Shown here one piece after another: positions 58,220 through 64,000 of a stretch of 64,000 bases of DNA. The notes below the pieces were generated by a model. It was not told the DNA's origin, did no database searches, and saw nothing but the letters and a program-made list of their open reading frames with translations. The stretch spans positions 589,879 to 653,878 of the forward strand of contig CAZNJU010000001.1 in the NCBI GenBank assembly GCA_964573625.1, given 5' to 3'. Positions within the stretch are counted from its first letter, which is position 1; each line of letters begins with the position of its first letter. The stretch is from Candidatus Woesearchaeota archaeon. Lineage in GTDB: Archaea; Nanobdellota; Nanobdellia; Pacearchaeales; GW2011-AR1. The translations under genes and the position numbers were made by a program.

Positions 58220-58738
58220 ATGAATTCTAACGAAGAAGCACTTAGATTATTTTATCTAGACCATCTCTTTACTAAGTCAACAAAAAATGTAGAACCTATC
58301 TCTTTGGAATTCCTTTCTTCTACTTTCAATGAACTATCTGAAAGAGTTTTTTCTATGTCTTTTGAAGACATCTTAAAACAGATTCGTCTTTCTGAGACTT
58401 TAACTTTTTGGTCGTGTGCTTATTTGAACAAAAATTGTACTCAGATTGAACTTCCTATAGAAAAAGCATGTGCGGATGATAGACATATAGCCATAGATAG
58501 CCATCTTGTTTCTCAAGGGACTCTTTTATCAAGCCTCTTGGAAAAAGCATATCTCTTATCTGAATTGCGTGAAAGGATTGATTTTCCTAAAAAGTTTTCT
58601 CCATTTTTCTTAGATGAAGCATTCCCCATAGTACGAAAGTACGGAGAGTTATATGAGGTTTTAATGGGTAATCATCGAGTCATGGCTGCAATTGAACTTG
58701 GTCTAGAAAAAATTAAAGCGATATGTTTAGAAGAATAA
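58220..58738 (+). CDS. ParB/Srx-like domain protein within the DGR
   Basis: C-terminal PIVRKYGELYEVLMGNHRVMAAIELG motif; abuts the target stop codon. Confidence 0.65.
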   Translation: MNSNEEALRLFYLDHLFTKSTKNVEPISLEFLSSTFNELSERVFSMSFEDILKQIRLSETLTFWSCAYLNKNCTQIELPIEKACADDRHIAIDSHLVSQGTLLSSLLEKAYLLSELRERIDFPKKFSPFFLDEAFPIVRKYGELYEVLMGNHRVMAAIELGLEKIKAICLEE

Positions 58739-58812
58739 TCTTTTTTCAACATACATAATTGAGTATCATCTATCTTTTATAGCTCATTTCTAAACTCTTC
58801 TATCCTAGCTAA

Positions 58813-59034
58813 CTATGCAACAAGGATGCATAGAGTATCTGGGGCTACACGTCCTTTCATGACGGCGCTTCGGCGTCATAAAATACAGCTGCAACAGAAA
58901 TGAAGCGGCAGTGAAGGGGTATCCATGAAAGGGCTATTCCTGGGGCTTGGTTTGTCAACAGGGCGAACAACAGGTCGCAGGCCAATGGCAACAATAATCT
59001 TGACAACAGGAACGGTCGCTTGGTCGAATAGCCC
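58813..59034 (+). ncRNA. Putative DGR template RNA: structured leader plus TR
   Basis: Stems at 58813-58819/58827-58833, 58851-58861/58924-58934 and 58931-58939/59026-59034; a cUUCGg hairpin near 58870. Boundaries are approximate. Confidence 0.65.
58943..59032 (+). repeat. DGR template repeat (TR)
   Basis: AAC/AAT-rich copy of the VR. Confidence 0.95.
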
Positions 59035-60520
59035 ATGATGCTGCTAGGATATCATACTATGTACGAACAACTGTGCTCAGAAGAAAATCTTCTTAGTGCA
59101 TTTTACAAAGCGCGGAAAGGCAAGACACAGCGACATTATGTGCAAGTATTTGAAAAAGAGCTAGATAAAAATCTAAAGCAGCTAGAACAGGAGTTACGTA
59201 CTCAGACCTATCAACCTAAGCCCCTAACAACATTTGTTATTCGTGATCCAAAGACGCGTAAAATTTCTAAATCTCGATTCAGAGATCGAGTAGTACATCA
59301 CGCACTCATTAATGTTATCGGCCCCGTTCTACAAAAACGCTTTATTTATGATTCACATGCGAATCAGGTTGGTAAAGGAACGTTAAAAGCAGTTCAACGT
59401 TTCGAGCTCTTTAAACGAAAAGTGTCTCGTAATAATACTCGTCCCTGTTACGTGCTTAAATCAGACATTAGGCATTATTTTGAAGAAGTCGATCATGCTA
59501 TTCTTCTCAAGCTTATTAGTAAATATGTTCGAGACGAGCGCGTGATGTGGCTCATTCAACAGATTCTCGCTAACAATGTACATCTTTCCTTTAATGCGAA
59601 CTTTAGGACGCAGAGAGAGAGAGAGTACTAACAAGGGAATGCCCTTAGGCAATCATACTTCACAGTTCTTTGCGAATGTCTATCTGAATGAACTAGATCA
59701 ATTTGCAAAACACGTTCTTAAAGCACCGTATTACTTACGATACGTTGACGATTTTGCCATTTTATCTAACTCGTATTCAATGCTTCTACAGTACAAGGAA
59801 CGCATCAATGTGTTTCTAAAAGAGCATCTTAAACTTGAATTGCATCCTCAAAAATCTCATATTCTCTCGTTACATTCGGGCGTTTCTTTTCTTGGGTATC
59901 GCATTTTTCCGCATCACAAACTATTACGAAAACGTAACGCGCGTGCGTTTGAACGAAAGATGGGAAAATTGAGAGTTTTATACCACGAAAAGCAAGTTTC
60001 ACGAGATCAAGTGGTTGATCGACTTCAAGGATGGTTGGCTTATGCCGAACACGCCGATACGTACACTTATCGAAAAGAAATATTACGAAACTTTAATCGG
60101 TTTTTTCCCTTTAAAATAGAAAAAGCACTGTTGTCCAAAAGAGCGAGAAATTTCTATAAAAAAGTAGCTGCAAGTAAAATACAAGGAAGCGTTCAAAAAA
60201 CGCTCGACCTAGCAAGAAAAAAGATGTCAGTCACAGAAATAGCTACGCTTCGTAAAATAAAAGAAGGAACGGTCTGGGAACATTATGCAGAATTAATTGA
60301 ATACGGATGGTTGTCTATTTGGTCTATTCTTCCGCGTAAAACTATTGTAACGGTTTTACCCTATATACGAAACTCAAGTGATACTCTCACAACAATAAAG
60401 AGTCGGTTAAAAGTAAGCGGCATATCTTATGATAGTATTATGTGCGTTCGCGCCCATATACGATACAAGGAAAAAATAAAACGATGGTCAAGACGATATC
60501 ACAAAAATTATTTGGGATAA
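59035..60520 (+). CDS. DGR reverse transcriptase, split by a frameshift at (AG)7, with a C-terminal HTH
   Basis: Frame 1: RDPKTRKI, FRDRVVHHA, KSDIRHYF. Frame 2: GMPLGNHTSQFFANVYL, RYVDDF, FLGY. (AG)8 gives one 495-aa ORF. Confidence 0.93.
59612..59625 (+). repeat. (AG)7 dinucleotide tract at the RT frameshift
   Basis: Direct read CAGAGAGAGAGAGAGTACTAA. Confidence 0.92.
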
Positions 60521-60592
60521 AATAAAACATGAATAATCCAAGTAGAGAAAAGTCTATTAAATGCTAAATATCTCTTTTTCAGGGTATAAACG

Positions 60593-61609
60593 ATGAAAAA
60601 TCCACAAGGAATACCGTTAGGATTAGACCCAGAAGCGAAATCAGCTTCTAAAAACTTGCCCGCATTTCTTACTCCGCCTAAGGGTTCAAAGGCTTATCAT
60701 GGATTTCCACTTGTAAAGGACATAAGTGAGGACGGATTTACGTATGGAATGATTACCCAATTTGAGTCAAACACTAAAGAAGGCTACGACTCTGGAGATG
60801 CCTATGTAGAGGCTCCAGACGGCTCACGTGCAGGCATCGTGTGGGGAAGAGAAACCGCCTTTTCTCATAATATCATTACAAAAATAGAGAAAAATCGCTG
60901 GGGAGTTTATTACTTTGCAATCCCGTTTAAAATAAAAACGAAAGATGACATGAGAAAGGCATTCGATTTGATGCTCCCTTACCTAAAAGAATATTACCGC
61001 ATATCTAAGGCACACATAACGTGGAAAGATAATTTCAGAAGACTCAACAAAGAATTACATTCAATGCAGCGAGGGCCTGTACCCGATAACGAAATTGAAA
61101 AAGATATTTACATAGAACTTGATCAAATAACCTCCTATCTTTATTCTCGCCTCGGCTTGAAAGCACGATGGATAGGACTGATTAGATATCTCCCAAGCTT
61201 AAATGTGACTCTCCTCAAAAGAGATTTGTTAAACGTGAATCAATTGATCGAACAAAGAGGATGGTCTCACTTTAGGAAAAATAGGTTATTGCTTAAGGAG
61301 TATCTCCTGGTAACAGAAATAGTTGAAGTTGTCAAGACCGTTAAAGGAAAAGGAGTTTTCGAGTCTCAAGGAATAAAGAGCCGTAGCCAATTAGGACTTG
61401 AGGAAGAAGAGATTTACAGCAATCATATTATGGGGCTAGTTAAAGTAGCTACTGAAAGAAAAATGCCTATTGAGAAGTTCACCTTAGATAAAGAACTGAC
61501 TCATCATCTTTTCGAATTGTCAAAAGCTGAATGTAGAAAAGATACAAAAACAACTAAAATTTTATTGAAAAAAGTTCAGGATAGGATAAAGGTTCTTTGC
61601 AAAAAGTAG
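60593..61609 (+). CDS. Hypothetical two-domain protein
   Basis: N-terminal YHGFP..GDAYVEAPDGSRAGIVW motif of an uncharacterised family. Confidence 0.7.
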   Translation: MKNPQGIPLGLDPEAKSASKNLPAFLTPPKGSKAYHGFPLVKDISEDGFTYGMITQFESNTKEGYDSGDAYVEAPDGSRAGIVWGRETAFSHNIITKIEKNRWGVYYFAIPFKIKTKDDMRKAFDLMLPYLKEYYRISKAHITWKDNFRRLNKELHSMQRGPVPDNEIEKDIYIELDQITSYLYSRLGLKARWIGLIRYLPSLNVTLLKRDLLNVNQLIEQRGWSHFRKNRLLLKEYLLVTEIVEVVKTVKGKGVFESQGIKSRSQLGLEEEEIYSNHIMGLVKVATERKMPIEKFTLDKELTHHLFELSKAECRKDTKTTKILLKKVQDRIKVLCKK

Positions 61610-61676
61610 TCGTTTTAAGACGTAGAATATTTTGAGAGGTAAGATTTAAAAGTCTATAAAAACAAGGTATTTTGTT

Positions 61677-61748
61677 GCTCGCTTCGTATAGTGGTTAGTA
61701 CACGACCCTGTCGCGGTCGGAACGCGGGTTCGATTCCCGCAGCGGGCG
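61677..61748 (+). tRNA. tRNA-Asp(GTC)
   Basis: GCTCGCT...CGACC-CTGTCGC-GGTCG...GCGGG-TTCGATT-CCCGC-AGCGGGC G73. Confidence 0.95.
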
Positions 61749-61767
61749 ATTTTATCGTCGATAAATA

Positions 61768-61947
61768 CTAACTTAACTTCTTATTAATTTCAGTCAGAAG
61801 CAATTCAATCTTGGCAAGATGTGACTGCCCTTTCAGTTTCTGCCTGCATAATTCTCCTAATGAAGTTCCACTGTCTAGCGCTTGTTTTCGTAATGACTCT
61901 ATAACGTCTGTTTCTATTCTAAGATGGATTTGAAAGTTTTTTCTCAT
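61768..61947 (-). CDS. Small RHH/CopG-like protein (not in the ORF track)
   Basis: MRKNFQIHLRIETDVIESLRKQALDSGTSLGELCRQKL, 59 aa. Confidence 0.6.
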   Translation of the reverse strand: MRKNFQIHLRIETDVIESLRKQALDSGTSLGELCRQKLKGQSHLAKIELLLTEINKKLS

Positions 61948-62030
61948 CAGGATTTGTTACAATCTTCTTTTCTATTTTGAGCCGGTCAATTATCCTTCGC
62001 AATTCTTCAATAATGGTATCAGGATCAACT

Positions 62031-62594
62031 TTATTGTATTCCATGCACACTCCTGTTGAATTTCCTCGTCTCGTTCCCCCAGCAATCCCATCCTTTGACC
62101 GTTTGCCGTGCAAAAAGCTCAATACGCGGAAGATCTCCGAGCAATTCAACAATCTGATCGCGTATTTCGTCAGGCTTTCGACTGTGTTCACGCAGTGGAG
62201 AAAGGACGACCTGTCGGACTTTATTCGATTTTCGCTTCAGATTTCCTTTTAGTCCTAAGAGACAAACTTCTGCGTTAGCTCGCGTCCAGTTTCCCATACC
62301 CATAAAAGGTCGACCGTTATTCTTGTTCGTCTTAATCCATGTAAAGGCTACCGTAATATACCTAAATCCCCAACTCTTTAGCGTTTCAATACACTCAGGG
62401 AGGATCGGATAGGCTGCCCACATAAAGAGTGCACAATCCTCGTCAGCAATTTGTTGAGCGGGAAATTGCTTAATGATTTCAATCGGAATAGTAGGATATT
62501 TGACTTTCGTGCTATACTTCCACGGAGGATCAGCATAGATAATATTGTACTTCTTACGAAGATTGACCTTCCACGTAACGGTTTCTTTCGTCAT
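62031..62594 (-). CDS. MT-A70 family adenine methyltransferase
   Basis: IIYADPPW, CALFMW, SWGFRY..FTW.K, EHSRKP, IELFAR, WGNE. Confidence 0.93.
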   Translation of the reverse strand: MTKETVTWKVNLRKKYNIIYADPPWKYSTKVKYPTIPIEIIKQFPAQQIADEDCALFMWAAYPILPECIETLKSWGFRYITVAFTWIKTNKNNGRPFMGMGNWTRANAEVCLLGLKGNLKRKSNKVRQVVLSPLREHSRKPDEIRDQIVELLGDLPRIELFARQTVKGWDCWGNETRKFNRSVHGIQ

Positions 62595-62716
62595 GCTAAC
62601 TACTATCCAGAATTGCTTAAAACAAATCGGGGAAAAGTTAGTTATCTAACCAGTAGTCCATTGAGTAGTCTGTTTTCTCCCCGACTCGTTTTATAATATG
62701 TTACGAATAGGTAATC

Positions 62717-62902
62717 ATGAAAGATTGCTGCTTGGTTTGTGACGTTGAACTCGGAAACTATGAAACTGATTTGTGCAGCACCTGTTTTGGCTTCTTTCAT
62801 AAAAAATACAAAAATAGACTCAAGAAAGGCTTGGGACGCTTCAGAAAACACAAAGCGTTCTTGAATACATGGCGATCAACTGAAAAGGAGGTGGAAGAAT
62901 GA
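62717..62902 (+). CDS. Small zinc-finger-like protein
   Basis: CLVC..CSTC; coupled to the pilin gene with a GGAGG RBS. Confidence 0.6.
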   Translation: MKDCCLVCDVELGNYETDLCSTCFGFFHKKYKNRLKKGLGRFRKHKAFLNTWRSTEKEVEE

Positions 62903-63228
62903 AACAGCACTTACTGGCTTTTATGGTTGTGGCAATCTTGCTTATTATGCCTCACGTTAGAGCAGATCCGTTCAATCAAACAATAACTCCTGAAGAACAG
63001 GCAACGTTTGACCATATTCTGGAGCCCGTGATGAAAGTGTACAATATGGTAAAATATATTGCGACCTTCATTGCCGTAATTATTCTGTTATTTGCGGGTA
63101 TTAGCTATATGGTAAGCGGTTCTGACCCTAAAAGACGGGAGAACGCAAAGAGCACGGTTATGTACGTTATTATTGGACTGATTGTGATCTGGGCAGCGCC
63201 ATTAGTGGTACAATTTATTGTAGGTTGA
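62899..63228 (+). CDS. TrbC/VirB2-like pilin, second copy
   Basis: 65/85 residues identical to 26612-26947 over the mature part (hand count). Confidence 0.82.
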   Translation: MKQHLLAFMVVAILLIMPHVRADPFNQTITPEEQATFDHILEPVMKVYNMVKYIATFIAVIILLFAGISYMVSGSDPKRRENAKSTVMYVIIGLIVIWAAPLVVQFIVG

Positions 63229-63229
63229 T

Positions 63230-63619
63230 ATGAATAAACTCCTTATAGCAGGGATAGTCGCGTGGAGTCTGGCTCTTGCGTGTGCGGAGCCAGCTCTCGC
63301 ATGCCCTTCCCGTATTTATTGCTCCAACTTTACTGATCCGATGAAGCGAACTGATTGTAATACCATCGTTTCGCAGCATTTTCCGTTTGAAGAACAACAT
63401 GAAATACTCTGTACCCTATGGGACTATGGGTACGAATGGCGGGGCTACGAACCGCCGCACTACCCTCCGTTAAACACGAGTCTTGTGTTATCGTATAAAG
63501 AAATAGATACGAGTCGGTTCCTCACCGCTATGAAAATAACTACTTTTATTGTATTCAATTATTTTCTTTATTGTTTTCTCACTCGCTCTTCCTTTACAAC
63601 GAGATGGCGTGCAGCTTAG
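63230..63619 (+). CDS. Membrane protein of the second pilin module
   Basis: Paralog of 26949-27338. Confidence 0.75.
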   Translation: MNKLLIAGIVAWSLALACAEPALACPSRIYCSNFTDPMKRTDCNTIVSQHFPFEEQHEILCTLWDYGYEWRGYEPPHYPPLNTSLVLSYKEIDTSRFLTAMKITTFIVFNYFLYCFLTRSSFTTRWRAA

Positions 63620-64000
63620 TTAATCTCGGCTCGTGTCTGCCGCAGATGTTCTTTGAGTTCGTACTCGGAATCATTAACGCACCGATTCAGCCGTTTCTGC
63701 AGCTCACGCTCCATTTGCTATCAGAACCAATCAATCTACACCTGTTCATGCACTTTTGGGCGATTATTGTGTACATGCTATCGATGTTCTACGCACTATT
63801 GCTCGTGTCTGCAGGGTTTAGCATGATGCTCGCAGGCCCCGATGTAGAAAAACGAGAGAAATCGAAAGAGTGGCTCAAAAACGTCGTGATTATGATTATT
63901 CTTGTGCAAGCATCGTTCTTTATTTATCAGCTTATCTTAGACCTAGCGGCAGCCATGACCTCTGCTACACTAACGCTTGTCGATGGTAATTTCTTCCTCA
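63604..64000 (+). CDS. VirB6-like polytopic membrane protein, second copy (truncated by the window end)
   Basis: MACSLVNLGSCLPQMFFEF..INAPIQPFLQLTL matches 27743-28552. Confidence 0.8.
   Translation, partial: MACSLVNLGSCLPQMFFEFVLGIINAPIQPFLQLTLHLLSEPINLHLFMHFWAIIVYMLSMFYALLLVSAGFSMMLAGPDVEKREKSKEWLKNVVIMIILVQASFFIYQLILDLAAAMTSATLTLVDGNFFL

Larger units (their letters stand above)
57482..60520 (+). mobile_element. Diversity-generating retroelement (target-VR, intervening ORF, TR, RT)
   Basis: VR/TR pair with adenine-only substitutions, a post-VR hairpin and a DGR-type RT. Confidence 0.95.

Noticed and set aside
59035-60520. RT as a group II intron, a retron, or two separate genes
   Set aside because: The adjacent TR/VR pair identifies a DGR, and the conserved RT motifs are split between the two frames at the SSR.
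52141-61748. tRNA remnant and intact tRNA-Asp as attL/attR or inversion ends of one element
   Set aside because: They are in opposite orientation and share only the 7-nt loop; swapping halves gives unpaired stems.

Overview
This window looks like a DPANN-type archaeon, probably Pacearchaeota/Woesearchaeota-like (inference). The evidence is a C1:G72 tRNA-Tyr with a BHB intron, tRNAs without CCA, TTTAAATA boxes exactly 21 nt before the ATG of several genes, and archaeal-type TPI, aldolase, SPOUT and RecJ proteins. Bases 1-21.7 kb are mostly host genes: secreted and membrane proteins, a DsbA/thioredoxin cluster, cobA-type adenosyltransferase, groES/groEL, aldolase, cyclophilin, tpiA, zwf, a RecJ-like protein and 3 tRNAs. 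From about 22 kb to the end is an accessory, mobile region with four parts. (1) A ~26.2 kb integrative element bounded by a 13-bp tRNA-Asp 3'-end direct repeat (25921/52141). It carries a minimal pilin/VirB6-like/PrgI-VirB4-nuclease module, a probably inactive MPG glycosylase, an SNF2-methyltransferase fusion, VapBC and a tyrosine integrase. The SNF2 gene is followed by four coupled modular HTH-repeat genes that all end in SLLE[QS]Y[VI]. (2) A second, divergent integrase and an operon of a GHKL/MORC-like ATPase (frameshifted at G11) plus a bacterial-type sigma-70 protein. (3) A diversity-generating retroelement with a clear VR/TR pair. Its RT is frameshifted at an (AG)7 tract and fused to a RecQ-type HTH, and a ParB-like ORF sits where avd normally lies. 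(4) An intact tRNA-Asp, an MT-A70 methyltransferase and a second, paralogous pilin module running off the window end. All family assignments come from motif recognition; no database search was run.
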